DNA from: Mycolicibacterium smegmatis
GTDB taxonomy: Bacteria; Actinomycetota; Actinomycetes; Mycobacteriales; Mycobacteriaceae
Reading direction: 5' to 3'
Assembly (NCBI RefSeq): GCF_001457595.1
Contig: NZ_LN831039.1
Location: 1,020,001 to 1,052,000 of the forward strand
DNA: 32,000 nt
The position numbers were made by a program, and so were the translations under genes. How positions within the stretch are numbered: the first letter of the stretch is position 1; every line of letters begins with the position of its first letter. Positions 1 through 10,773 of the stretch are shown here, piece by piece. The notes under the pieces were generated by a model. That model saw only the letters and a program-made list of their open reading frames with translations, was not told the origin of the DNA and made no database searches.

Positions 1-544
1 CCGAAATCGGTGCACACCAGCAGGGTGTTCTGGTCCTCCCACGACGCCGAGGACTTCGCCTCGTCCAGGTAGAACCCGTCGGTGACGAATTGTCGTGTCC
101 GCATGTCGAATTCGCGGGTCACCACGGCGTCGGCGCCGCCGCGGGACAGGCTGATCAGCGCCAGGGTGTACTCGGGTTCGATCACTTCCGCACCGGACCA
201 CACCCAGTTTTCGCCGTCTTCGCGCGCCAGCTCGTCGACGTCGATGATGACGTCCCAGTCGGGTTCGTCGGTGCGGTAGCTCTCCAGCGTCGTACGCCGC
301 CACACGCCCTTGGGGTTGGCCTCGTCGCGCCAGAAGTTGTAGAGGTACTCGCCGCGGCGCCGCACGTACGGGATGCGCGCGTCGGTGTCGAGGATTTCCA
401 GCAACTCGCCGCGGATTGCCTCGAAACGTTCACCGCTCAGTGCTTCGAGCGTCGGTTCGTTGTGGGCGCGCACCCACTCCAGCGCGTCGTCGCCGGTGAT
501 GTCTTCGAGCCAGAGGTAGGGGTCGTCGTCAGCCACCCACACAT
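1..544 (-). CDS. Prolyl oligopeptidase (S9) family protein, N-terminal part; gene runs off the left edge
   Basis: Reverse-strand translation from ATG at 544 is open to the window edge: [35 protein letters not shown]...[34 protein letters not shown]... The DPYLWLED...ALEWV...N and [17 protein letters not shown] patterns are typical of the S9A N-terminal region. The supplied ORF track misses it because no stop lies in the window. Confidence 0.85.
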
Positions 545-605
545 TGTGGCCTGCGCGCGTAATGTGAGCTGCGTAACACCGCTTCGGAGGTACAGAGGAG
601 TCGAG

Positions 606-2129
<1,524 letters not shown>

Positions 2130-2162
2130 GCCTGCGCTGACACGGGAGAACTGGAGAACGAT

Positions 2163-2639
2163 ATGAGCACCCCGTCGAGGGCCCTGATCACCGCGGCGGC
2201 CGCCGATCTACTTGCGCGGTTGCAGAAGACGCACGGCGCGTTGATGTTTCATCAGTCCGGCGGCTGCTGTGACGGGTCGTCCCCGATGTGTTACCCCGAG
2301 GGCGATTTCATCGTCGGTGACCGCGACGTCCTTCTCGGGGTGCTCGACGTCGGTGACGGTGTCCCGGTCTGGATCTCGGGTCCGCAGTTCGAGGCGTGGA
2401 AGCACACGCAGCTGGTGATCGACGTGGTGCCCGGCCGTGGCGGCGGCTTCAGCCTCGAATCGCCTGAGGGGATGCGGTTCCTGTCGCGGGGACGCGCGTT
2501 CACCGACGCCGAGAACGAGGAACTGGCCGCGCAGCCGCCGATCACCGGCGCGCAGTACGCCGAGGGTGCCCGGCCGGTGCAGACCGGGACCTCCGTCGTC
2601 GCCGAGGCCGAGGACGCCTGCCCGGTACCGGGACGCTGA
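2163..2639 (+). CDS. DUF779 domain-containing protein
   Basis: 158 aa with GALMFHQSGGCCDGSSPMCYPEGDF; located directly after an aldehyde dehydrogenase, a common arrangement for DUF779. Confidence 0.85.
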   Translation: MSTPSRALITAAAADLLARLQKTHGALMFHQSGGCCDGSSPMCYPEGDFIVGDRDVLLGVLDVGDGVPVWISGPQFEAWKHTQLVIDVVPGRGGGFSLESPEGMRFLSRGRAFTDAENEELAAQPPITGAQYAEGARPVQTGTSVVAEAEDACPVPGR

Positions 2640-3509
2640 TCAGCGCCCTTTCTGCAGGGTGAACTGCGTGACGTCCACCTGGCCGTCGCGGAACAGTTGC
2701 GCGCACCCGGTCAGGTACTTCATGTACCGCTGGTAGACCTCCACCGACTGGATCGCGATGGCCTCGTCCTGGTGCGCCTGCAGGCGCGACGCCCAGATGT
2801 CGAGGGTCTTGGCGTAGTGCGGCTGCAGCGACTGCTCGCGGGACACGATGAAGCCGGCCCGTTCGGCGCGGTCGTGCACCATCTGAGATGACGGCAGCTG
2901 CCCGCCGGGGAAGATCTCGGTGAGGATGAACTTGACGAACTTCGCCATCTCCATCGTCATCGGGATCCCGGCCTCCCGGAAGTGGTTGGGGTGGAACCCG
3001 CAGATGGTGTGCAGCAGCATGACGCCGTCGTCGGGCAGCAGCGTGTGGGCCTTGCCGAAGAACTCGTCGTAGCGCTCATGCCGGAAGTGCTCGAACGCGC
3101 CGATCGACACGATGCGGTCGACGGGCTCGTCGAACTGCTCCCACCCCTGCAGCAGCACGCGCCGGGAACGCCTGCCGCCCACGTCGTCGAGCATGCGCTC
3201 GACGTAAGCGGCCTGGTTCCTCGACAGTGTCAGTCCCACCACGTTGACGTCGTGGGACTCGACCGCGCGCCGCATGGTCGCACCCCAGCCGCAGCCCACG
3301 TCGAGCAGCGTCATCCCGGGCTCCAGCCCCAGCTTGCCCAGGGCCAGGTCGATCTTCGCGATCTGCGCCTCTTCCAGCGTCATCCCGTCGTGGGCGAAGT
3401 ACGCACAGCTGTAGGTCTGCGTCGCGTCCAGGAACAACCGGAAGAAGTCGTCGGAAAGGTCGTAATGGGCCTGCACATCGGCAAAGTTGGGAGTCAGCGT
3501 CTCGCTCAC
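2640..3509 (-). CDS. SAM-dependent methyltransferase of the mycolic acid cyclopropane synthase family
   Basis: 289 aa: [78 protein letters not shown]. Confidence 0.93.
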   Translation of the reverse strand: MSETLTPNFADVQAHYDLSDDFFRLFLDATQTYSCAYFAHDGMTLEEAQIAKIDLALGKLGLEPGMTLLDVGCGWGATMRRAVESHDVNVVGLTLSRNQAAYVERMLDDVGGRRSRRVLLQGWEQFDEPVDRIVSIGAFEHFRHERYDEFFGKAHTLLPDDGVMLLHTICGFHPNHFREAGIPMTMEMAKFVKFILTEIFPGGQLPSSQMVHDRAERAGFIVSREQSLQPHYAKTLDIWASRLQAHQDEAIAIQSVEVYQRYMKYLTGCAQLFRDGQVDVTQFTLQKGR

Positions 3510-3644
3510 ACCGGTGCCTCTCTACTCATGGAAATGCCCACCAGGTGCGGCGGGGACACCCATATCAACGACGCCCGGCCGAATCCGCCTCGATATCGGC
3601 CGAAGCGGGCAGGTGTGGCGCATTCCGCTGCGATCGCCGCGTGT

Positions 3645-3668
3645 GACCGTTGCGCCGCCCACTAGGGT
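3645..3668 (+). promoter_or_regulatory. Probable promoter giving a leaderless lpdC transcript; -10 is TAGGGT at 3663-3668
   Basis: TANNNT hexamer followed by 6 nt (GGGAGC) and then the GTG start codon at 3675. Confidence 0.45.
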
Positions 3669-3674
3669 GGGAGC

Positions 3675-5069
3675 GTGACCCACTTTGACGTTGTTGTTCT
3701 CGGAGCCGGTCCCGGTGGATACGTCGCGGCCATTCGCGCCGCCCAGCTGGGGCTGAATACCGCAATTGTCGAACCCAAGTACTGGGGCGGCGTGTGTCTC
3801 AACGTTGGCTGTATCCCGTCCAAGGCGCTGCTGCGGAACGCCGAGATCGCCCACATGTTCAACAAGGAAGCCAAGACCTTCGGCATCAGTGGTGAGGCGA
3901 CGTTCGACTACGGCGCGGCGTTCGACCGCAGCCGCAAGGTCGCCGACGGCCGTGTCGCGGGCGTGCACTTCCTGATGAAGAAGAACAAGATCACCGAGAT
4001 CCACGGTTACGGGAAGTTCACCGGCCCCAACAGCCTGGAGGTCGCGCTCAACGACGGCGGGACCGAGAAAGTCGAGTTCTCCAACGCGATCATCGCGACC
4101 GGCAGCAGCACGCGCCTGGTGCCCGGCACGTCGTTGTCGGAGAACGTGGTCACCTACGAGACACAGATCCTCTCGCGTGAGCTGCCCGGCTCGATCATCA
4201 TCGCCGGCGCCGGCGCGATCGGCATGGAGTTCGCGTACGTGCTGAAGAACTACGGCGTCGACGTCACCATCGTCGAGTTCCTGCCGCGCGCCCTGCCCAA
4301 CGAGGACGCCGAGGTCTCCAAGGAGATCGAGAAGCAGTACAAGAAGCTGGGCGTGAAGATCCTCACCGGCACCAAGGTGGAGGGTATTGCCGATGACGGC
4401 TCGACGGTGAAGGTGACCGTCAGCAAGGACGGCAAGACCGAGGAACTCAAGGCCGACAAGGTGCTGCAGGCCATCGGCTTCGCACCCAACGTCGAGGGTT
4501 ACGGCCTGGAGGCGGCCGGTGTCGAGCTCACCGACCGCAAGGCCATCGGCATCGACGACTACATGCGCACCAACGTGGGGCACATCTACGCCATCGGTGA
4601 CGTCACCGGCAAGCTTCAGCTCGCCCACGTCGCCGAGGCGATGGCGGTGGTCGCGGCCGAAACCATCGCCGGCGCAGAGACTCTGCCGCTCGGCGACTAC
4701 CGCATGATGCCGCGCGCGACGTTTTGCCAGCCGCAGGTCGCGAGCTTCGGGCTCACCGAGCAGCAGGCTCGCGACGAGGGTTACGACGTGAAGGTCGCCA
4801 AGTTCCCGTTCACCGCGAACGGCAAGGCGCACGGCCTGGCCGACCCGACCGGGTTCGTGAAGCTCATCGCCGACGCCAAGTACGGCGAACTGCTCGGCGG
4901 GCACCTCATCGGCCCCGACGTCTCGGAGTTGCTGCCTGAGCTGACCCTGGCCCAGAAGTGGGACCTGACCGTCAACGAGCTCGCCCGCAACGTGCACACC
5001 CACCCGACGCTGTCGGAGGCGTTGCAGGAGTGCTTCCACGGTCTGGCCGGCCACATGATCAACTTTTGA
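3675..5069 (+). CDS. lpdC: Dihydrolipoyl dehydrogenase
   Basis: 464 aa: [54 protein letters not shown]-terminal [15 protein letters not shown] start. Confidence 0.97.
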   Translation: MTHFDVVVLGAGPGGYVAAIRAAQLGLNTAIVEPKYWGGVCLNVGCIPSKALLRNAEIAHMFNKEAKTFGISGEATFDYGAAFDRSRKVADGRVAGVHFLMKKNKITEIHGYGKFTGPNSLEVALNDGGTEKVEFSNAIIATGSSTRLVPGTSLSENVVTYETQILSRELPGSIIIAGAGAIGMEFAYVLKNYGVDVTIVEFLPRALPNEDAEVSKEIEKQYKKLGVKILTGTKVEGIADDGSTVKVTVSKDGKTEELKADKVLQAIGFAPNVEGYGLEAAGVELTDRKAIGIDDYMRTNVGHIYAIGDVTGKLQLAHVAEAMAVVAAETIAGAETLPLGDYRMMPRATFCQPQVASFGLTEQQARDEGYDVKVAKFPFTANGKAHGLADPTGFVKLIADAKYGELLGGHLIGPDVSELLPELTLAQKWDLTVNELARNVHTHPTLSEALQECFHGLAGHMINF

Positions 5070-5335
5070 GAAACGAGATCGTCTCCGGCATAGCCGGTTT
5101 GGTGGCCGGCCACATTTTGTGGCTGGCCGCCATCACGTTGGCCACCGACAGCTCGCGGGTCACCCGCTGGGTTCTGGTGGTTGCCGCGCTGTCATTCGTG
5201 GGTGGTGCCGCGGCGGCCTGGGTGGGCTGGCGAAAGTACCAGCAGCGTTCGCGCGTGTGGGCGGCGTTTCTGTGGTGCCTGCCGGTGTCGCCCGTGTTGT
5301 TCTCGCTGACGCTGCTGGGCGTGACGTACCTGTAG
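5066..5335 (+). CDS. Small hydrophobic membrane protein (about 89 aa)
   Basis: Translation from TTG at 5066 (overlapping the lpdC stop) gives [89 protein letters not shown], with about three hydrophobic segments. Confidence 0.7.
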   Translation: MRNEIVSGIAGLVAGHILWLAAITLATDSSRVTRWVLVVAALSFVGGAAAAWVGWRKYQQRSRVWAAFLWCLPVSPVLFSLTLLGVTYL

Positions 5336-5341
5336 GTTTGC

Positions 5342-5902
5342 TCAGTCGGGGAAGTCGAGTGGGATGCGCAGGGTCGCCATGGTGGCGGCAAGGCCGTCGT
5401 AATGCCCTGCGAGCAAACAGAATTCGATCAGCTGCGCCCGGTTGAGGTGCGTGGACAGCGCCGCCCAGGTCTCCGGTGACATCGAGCGCGTGACCACGAA
5501 CTCGTCGGTCGCGGTGATGAGCGTCCGCTGACGATCGGTCAGGCCCTCGGCGTCGGGCCCCTCGAAGATTTTGGCCTGTGTTTCGGCGTCGAGGCCGCGG
5601 CTGCGGGCCAGCCGGCGGTGCTGCTGCAGTTCGTAGGTGCTGCCACGCAGGTGCGCCACGCGCAGGATGACCAGTTCGGTGTCGCGCTTGGGCAGTTTGC
5701 CCCAGTTCAGCAGCACACCGGAGTACGGCAGAAACGCCAGGAACGCCAGCTTGTGCTGGCCGATGACGTCGAACAGGTGAAAGCGCGGTGCCCGGATCGC
5801 GCGTGCCCCCGCCCGGGCCGCGATCCAGCCGATCGGCCCGAGAGCGCGCAGGCTGCGGGTGGCGGGGATACGGGCGGGCTCGGTCTGATGGTCGCGGGTC
5901 AC
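5342..5902 (-). CDS. Carboxymuconolactone decarboxylase family (AhpD-like) protein
   Basis: 186 aa with GKLPKRDTELVILRVAHLRGSTYELQQHRRLARSRGL, characteristic of the CMD fold. Confidence 0.82.
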   Translation of the reverse strand: MTRDHQTEPARIPATRSLRALGPIGWIAARAGARAIRAPRFHLFDVIGQHKLAFLAFLPYSGVLLNWGKLPKRDTELVILRVAHLRGSTYELQQHRRLARSRGLDAETQAKIFEGPDAEGLTDRQRTLITATDEFVVTRSMSPETWAALSTHLNRAQLIEFCLLAGHYDGLAATMATLRIPLDFPD

Positions 5903-5929
5903 CTCCGCGAGTCTAAAGAACCGCTTCGG

Positions 5930-7366
5930 TCAGCCGAGCGGTTTCACCTCGCTCGGCCTGACCAGATACGGCGACACCGTGGACCGGTGCTCGTCGAGGT
6001 CGAGTGCCTTGCCCAGCGCGGGGAACGCGCGCTGCGGGCAGTTGTCGCGTTCGCACACGCGGCATCCCGCACCGATCGGGGTGCTGACGTTGCCCGACAG
6101 GTCGAGGCCTTCGGAGTAGACGAGCCGATGCGCATGGCGCAGTTCGCATCCCAGACCGATCGCGAAGGTCTTGCCGGGCTGACCGTACCGGTGCGCGCGA
6201 CGCTCGACGGTGCGCGCGACCCACATGTAGTGCCTGCCGTCGGGCATCTGCGCAATCTGGACCAGGATCTTGCCGGGGTAGGCGAATGTCTCGTAGACGT
6301 TCCACAGCGGGCACGTGCCGCCTGACGACGAGAAGTGGAAACCGGTGGCGGACTGGCGTTTCGACATGTTTCCCGCGCGGTCGACGCGGACGAACGAGAA
6401 CGGCACGCCGCGCATCGACGGGCGCTGCAGCGTCGAGAGCCGGTGCCCGATGGTCTCGTAGCTGACCTGGTAGAACGCCGACAGCCGCTCGATGTCGTAG
6501 CGGAAGTTTTCGGCGACATCGTGAAACTGCCGGTAGGGCAACACCGTCGCCGCGGCGAAGTAGTTGGCCAGGCCCAGCCGGGCCAGGGTGCGCGACTCGT
6601 CGCTGGTGAACCGGCCCTCGTCGACGAGCTTGTCGATGAGATCGCCGAATTCCAGGTATGCCAGTTCGGCGGCCATCTTGAACACCTGCTGACCGCGTGA
6701 GATGTGGTTGCTCATCTCCAGCGTTTTGGTGGCCGGGTCGTAGCGGTGCAATACGGTCTCGCCCATGTCGATGCGGCGCACCACCCGCACGCCGTGCACG
6801 CTGGTCAGCCGGTTGGTCAGCTCGGCGGCCAGGTCGCCGCTGTGCATGCGCATGCGTGCGGTGAGATCCTCTGCGGCGGTGTCGAGTTCGTGCAGATAGT
6901 TCTGGCGCTCGTAGAAGTAGTCGCGCACTTCCTCGTGCGGCATCGTGATCGCGCCGCTGCCACTGCCGTCGGAATACCGGTCCTCGGTGGCGGCGGCCAG
7001 TTGCGTCGTGGCCAGCCGGTAACGCCGGTGCAGGTTCACCATCGCGCGTGCCAACTTGGGGTGCGAGGCCACCATGTCGGCGACCTCGGTGAGGTCGACG
7101 TCGGAGGCACCCAGGTCGCGATCGAGGGTGACCTCGCGCAGTTCGGCCACCAGGCGCGTGTCGTCCTGCGGGGAGAAGAACGTCGCGTCGACGCCGAACA
7201 CCTCGGTGATGCGAAGCAGCACCGCGACCGTCAACGGGCGCACGTCGTGCTCGATCTGGTTGAGGTAGCTCGGCGAGATGTCGAGCATCTGCGCGAGCGC
7301 GGCCTGGCTGAATCCGCGTTCGCTCCGCAGTTGTCGCACCCGCGAACCGACGAACGTCTTCGGCAC
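5930..7366 (-). CDS. ramB: XRE-family transcriptional regulator of the short-chain fatty acyl / acetate-metabolism type
   Basis: 478 aa: N-terminal HTH (VRQLRSERGFSQAALAQMLDISPSYLNQIEHDVRPLT), IrrE-like central region, C-terminal domain with Cys motifs (CRVCERDNCPQRAFP). Close to icl, as in M. tuberculosis Rv0465c. Confidence 0.93.
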   Translation of the reverse strand: MPKTFVGSRVRQLRSERGFSQAALAQMLDISPSYLNQIEHDVRPLTVAVLLRITEVFGVDATFFSPQDDTRLVAELREVTLDRDLGASDVDLTEVADMVASHPKLARAMVNLHRRYRLATTQLAAATEDRYSDGSGSGAITMPHEEVRDYFYERQNYLHELDTAAEDLTARMRMHSGDLAAELTNRLTSVHGVRVVRRIDMGETVLHRYDPATKTLEMSNHISRGQQVFKMAAELAYLEFGDLIDKLVDEGRFTSDESRTLARLGLANYFAAATVLPYRQFHDVAENFRYDIERLSAFYQVSYETIGHRLSTLQRPSMRGVPFSFVRVDRAGNMSKRQSATGFHFSSSGGTCPLWNVYETFAYPGKILVQIAQMPDGRHYMWVARTVERRAHRYGQPGKTFAIGLGCELRHAHRLVYSEGLDLSGNVSTPIGAGCRVCERDNCPQRAFPALGKALDLDEHRSTVSPYLVRPSEVKPLG

Positions 7367-7373
7367 GTTCTAC

Positions 7374-7379
7374 ATCCTA
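7374..7379 (-). promoter_or_regulatory. -10 element (TAGGAT) of a probable leaderless ramB promoter
   Basis: Reverse strand TAGGAT, 7 nt, then GTG start at 7366. Confidence 0.55.
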
Positions 7380-7386
7380 GGGCCTG

Positions 7387-7417
7387 TTGCAAAGCGGGCT
7401 TTAACAACATTTGCAAA
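7387..7417. promoter_or_regulatory. Pair of RamB-like boxes: TTGCAAAG at 7387-7394 and ACATTTGCAAA at 7407-7417
   Basis: The second box matches the described RamB core TTTGCAAA. The two TTGCAAA cores are 24 bp apart, directly upstream of the ramB -10 element. Confidence 0.6.
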
Positions 7418-7474
7418 CTGTGAGGGGGTCACGGGACATGGCTGATTCGGACGCTTCGGCGGGCGAGCTGACGC

Positions 7475-8158
7475 GTGAGATGGAGATGGCACACCCGCAT
7501 GTTCCGGCGGGAGTTCGGGCTTGCGGTCGACGTGGTCCGTGCCGTGGCGGCGGGGGAGGTCGCGCGCGCAGGCGTCATCGCCGACCATCTGAGATTCATC
7601 GCGACGCTGCTGCACCACCACCACGCCGGCGAGGACGACCACGTCTGGCCGTTGCTGCTGGAACGCGCTGCACCGCAGGCTCAGCGTGTCCACGACGTGG
7701 AACGTCAGCACCGCGACGTCGACGCAGCGCTGGACGCCGTGGCCGGTGCCGTCTCGGCATGGCGTCGCGACGCCGACGCCGTGAGCCGCGGCGCCCTGGT
7801 CGAGGCGCTGCAAACGCTCGAGGCTGTCGTGGTCGACCACATGGACTACGAGGAGCGCTGGATCGTTCCGGAGATGGAGCGTCACATCGCGCGGTCCGAG
7901 TGGGACCGTGTCATCGCCACCATGGCGATGGCGATCGACCCGAAAGACCTGATGCTCACGATCGGGATGACGACGTACGAGGGTGACGACGAGACCGTCG
8001 AGCGCACCATGGCGAACCTGCCGCCGGAAGTGGGCCCGAACCCGCGCCCGATTGCGCAGGCCGCCTACGCCGGCTACGCCGAGGTGATCTACGGCACCGA
8101 TGCGCCGCAGCGCAGCACCGAATTGTCCAGGTCAACGGCCGGGTCGCAGGGCGTTTGA
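7475..8158 (+). CDS. Hemerythrin HHE-domain protein; N-terminus probably in another frame from 7438 (apparent frameshift at 7494-7496)
   Basis: MFRREFGLAVDVVRAV...DHLRFIATLLHHHHAGEDDHVWPLLLERA...HDVERQHRDVDA...HMDYEERWIVPEM: HHxxED and HxxxE iron-ligand patterns. Confidence 0.8.
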   Translation: MRWRWHTRMFRREFGLAVDVVRAVAAGEVARAGVIADHLRFIATLLHHHHAGEDDHVWPLLLERAAPQAQRVHDVERQHRDVDAALDAVAGAVSAWRRDADAVSRGALVEALQTLEAVVVDHMDYEERWIVPEMERHIARSEWDRVIATMAMAIDPKDLMLTIGMTTYEGDDETVERTMANLPPEVGPNPRPIAQAAYAGYAEVIYGTDAPQRSTELSRSTAGSQGV

Positions 8159-8209
8159 GCGATATGCGCTGATGAAAGCGGTGCCGTTGACGCTCTGGCA
8201 GTATGGGAT

Positions 8210-8236
8210 CGCCTGCTCAGCGGCCGCGAGCAGGCG
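8210..8236. terminator. Hairpin: 9-bp arms CGCCTGCTC / GAGCAGGCG, 9-nt loop
   Basis: Perfect inverted repeat 8210-8218 / 8228-8236 between the hemerythrin and thioesterase genes; no U-tract. Confidence 0.45.
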
Positions 8237-8259
8237 ACTCAGATGGGAAAGACGAGAGC

Positions 8260-9108
8260 ATGACGGGCACCGAGAAGGGCAGCAAAGACAGCAGTGAGAA
8301 CAGTCTGGTGAGCACGGGTCTGGCCAAGACGATGATGCCCGTACCGGACCCGCACCCCGACGTGTTCGACACCGGCTGGCCATTGCGCGTCGCCGACATC
8401 GACCGCAACGGGCGGCTGCGCTTCGATGCCTCGACCCGGCACATCCAGGACATCGGCCAGGATCATCTGCGCCAGTTGGGGTTCGAGGACACCCATCCGG
8501 CCTGGATCGTGCGCCGCACCATGATCGACATGATCGAGCCCATCGAGTTCCCCGAACTGCTGCGGCTGCGCCGCTGGTGCTCGGGCACCTCGAACCGGTG
8601 GTGCGAGATGCGCGTGCGCATCGACGGACGCAAGGGCGGCCTGGTCGAGTCCGAGGCGTTCTGGATCAACATCAACCGCGAGACCCAGGGCCCGTCGCGG
8701 ATCGCCGACGACTTCCTGGCCGGACTGCGGCGCACCACCGACATCGACCGGCTGCGCTGGAAGCCCTATCTCAAGGCGGGCAGCCGCGAGGACGCGCTGG
8801 AGATCCGCGAGTACCCGGTGCGCGTCGCCGACATCGACCTGTTCGACCACATGAACAACGCCGTCTACTGGACCGTGGTCGAGGACTACCTGTACACGCA
8901 TCCCGAGCTGCTCGCGCAGCCGTTGCGCGTGACCATCGAGCACGACGCTCCCGTGGCGCTCGGCGACAAGCTGGAGATCATCTCCCACACCCACCCGCCG
9001 GGTACGACCGACAAATTCGGTCCGGAACTCACCGATCGGACTGTTACAACCCTCACATATGCGGTCGGCGAGGAGACGAAAGCCGTCGCCTGTCTCTTCT
9101 CGCTCTGA
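8260..9108 (+). CDS. Acyl-ACP thioesterase family protein
   Basis: ATG at 8260: MTGTEKGSKDSSENSLVSTGL...VFDTGWPLRVADIDRNGRLRFDASTRHIQDIGQDHL...VRVADIDLFDHMNNAVYWTVVEDYL; two hot-dog-like halves. Ortholog position of Rv0466. Confidence 0.85.
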   Translation: MTGTEKGSKDSSENSLVSTGLAKTMMPVPDPHPDVFDTGWPLRVADIDRNGRLRFDASTRHIQDIGQDHLRQLGFEDTHPAWIVRRTMIDMIEPIEFPELLRLRRWCSGTSNRWCEMRVRIDGRKGGLVESEAFWININRETQGPSRIADDFLAGLRRTTDIDRLRWKPYLKAGSREDALEIREYPVRVADIDLFDHMNNAVYWTVVEDYLYTHPELLAQPLRVTIEHDAPVALGDKLEIISHTHPPGTTDKFGPELTDRTVTTLTYAVGEETKAVACLFSL

Positions 9109-9356
9109 ATCAATCACGTTTAACAGTACGGGCGTACTGACCTGCGAAAAGTGGCTACTCGCCGGTAGCTTCTGAACCGGTACAGCCATCATATTTCTTC
9201 ACAATCTTCGCAAGTTAACGCACACGTTTCGCCAAAATTGGCAAAGGAAACGGGTGGACCTGCGGTTATGTCATGTGCCATCGTCGGGTTAGCACACCAG
9301 TGAAGCTGCTGCGGTGTTAACAACCGCAGTGACTTAACAACCGAAGGAGCCGTCCA
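9109..9356 (+). promoter_or_regulatory. icl upstream regulatory region with RamB-like box, palindromes and direct repeats
   Basis: Contains CAGTACGGGCGTACTG (9124-9139), CTTCGCAAG (9206-9214), AAAATTGGCAAAG (9234-9246), CTGCGGTGTTAACAACCGCAG (9309-9329) and two copies of TTAACAACCG (9317-9326, 9334-9343). Confidence 0.55.
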
Positions 9357-10643
9357 ATGTCGACCGTTGGCACCCCGAAGTCCCCCGAGCAGATCCAGCA
9401 CGACTGGGATCACAACCCCCGCTGGAAGGGCATCAAGCGCGACTACACCCCCGAGGACGTCGTGGCCCTGCAGGGCACCGTCGTCGAGGAGCACACCCTG
9501 GCCCGCCGCGGCGCCGAGGTGCTGTGGGAGCAGCTGCACGACATGGACTTCGTCAACGCGCTCGGCGCGCTGACCGGCAACATGGCCGTCCAGCAGGTTC
9601 GCGCGGGCCTCAAGGCCATCTACCTGTCCGGCTGGCAGGTCGCCGGTGACGCCAACCTGTCCGGTCACACCTACCCCGACCAGAGCCTGTACCCGGCCAA
9701 CTCGGTGCCGCAGGTGGTCCGCCGCATCAACAACGCGCTGCTGCGCGCCGACGAGATCGCCAAGGTCGAGGGCGACACCTCGGTGGAGAACTGGCTGGCT
9801 CCGATCGTCGCCGACGGCGAGGCCGGCTTCGGTGGTGCCCTCAACGTCTACGAGCTGCAGAAGGCGATGATCGCCGCGGGTGTCGCGGGCTCGCACTGGG
9901 AAGATCAGCTGGCCTCGGAGAAGAAGTGCGGCCACCTCGGTGGCAAGGTGCTGATCCCGACCCAGCAGCACATCCGCACCCTGACCTCGGCGCGCCTGGC
10001 GGCCGACGTGGCCGACGTGCCCACCGTCGTCATCGCCCGCACCGACGCCGAGGCCGCCACGCTGATCACGTCCGACGTCGACGAGCGCGACCAGCCGTTC
10101 ATCACCGGTGAGCGCACCAAGGAAGGCTTCTTCCGCGTGAAGAACGGCCTGGAGCCCTGCATCGCGCGCGCCAAGGCCTACGCGCCGTACTCCGACCTGA
10201 TCTGGATGGAGACCGGCACGCCGGATCTCGAGCTCGCCAAGAAGTTCGCCGAGGGCGTCAAGGCGGAGTTCCCCGACCAGATGCTGGCCTACAACTGCTC
10301 GCCGTCGTTCAACTGGAAGAAGCACCTCGACGACGCCACCATCGCGAAGTTCCAGAAGGAACTGGGCGCCATGGGCTTCAAGTTCCAGTTCATCACGCTG
10401 GCCGGCTTCCACGCGCTCAACTACTCGATGTTCGATCTGGCCTACGGCTACGCCCGCAACCAGATGAGCGCGTACGTCGAACTGCAGGAGCGCGAGTTCG
10501 CTGCCGAGGAGCGCGGCTACACCGCCACCAAGCACCAGCGCGAGGTGGGTGCCGGCTACTTCGACCGCATCGCCACCACGGTCGACCCCAACAGCTCGAC
10601 CACCGCGCTCGCGGGCTCGACCGAAGAGGGTCAGTTCCACTGA
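9357..10643 (+). CDS. icl: Isocitrate lyase
   Basis: 428 aa: [67 protein letters not shown]. Confidence 0.98.
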   Translation: MSTVGTPKSPEQIQHDWDHNPRWKGIKRDYTPEDVVALQGTVVEEHTLARRGAEVLWEQLHDMDFVNALGALTGNMAVQQVRAGLKAIYLSGWQVAGDANLSGHTYPDQSLYPANSVPQVVRRINNALLRADEIAKVEGDTSVENWLAPIVADGEAGFGGALNVYELQKAMIAAGVAGSHWEDQLASEKKCGHLGGKVLIPTQQHIRTLTSARLAADVADVPTVVIARTDAEAATLITSDVDERDQPFITGERTKEGFFRVKNGLEPCIARAKAYAPYSDLIWMETGTPDLELAKKFAEGVKAEFPDQMLAYNCSPSFNWKKHLDDATIAKFQKELGAMGFKFQFITLAGFHALNYSMFDLAYGYARNQMSAYVELQEREFAAEERGYTATKHQREVGAGYFDRIATTVDPNSSTTALAGSTEEGQFH

Positions 10644-10682
10644 GCCACCGGTGACGGCTCCACCCGGTAAGTGTTGACAGCG

Positions 10683-10715
10683 CAGGCCCCGCTCAGGTTT
10701 CTTGGGCGGGGCCTG
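10683..10715 (+). terminator. GC-rich hairpin after icl: CAGGCCCCGC / GCGGGGCCTG
   Basis: Perfect 10-bp stem (10683-10692 with 10706-10715) and 13-nt loop, 39 bp downstream of the icl stop; no U-tract. Confidence 0.6.
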
Positions 10716-10773
10716 TCGCGTGTCTGCGGAATGCGAGAGTTGAACGGCCCGCACGCGAGGAGGAAAACAAGCA

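Noticed and set aside
90-605. In-frame upstream extension of the aldehyde dehydrogenase ORF
   Set aside because: It lies opposite the S9 peptidase N-terminus; normal ALDH N-terminus and RBS are at 606.
3522-5054. 510-aa reverse ORF opposite lpdC
   Set aside because: Antisense shadow ORF typical of high GC; composition biased, no motifs.
8239-9192. 317-aa reverse ORF opposite the thioesterase
   Set aside because: Antisense shadow; sense protein has clear family motifs.
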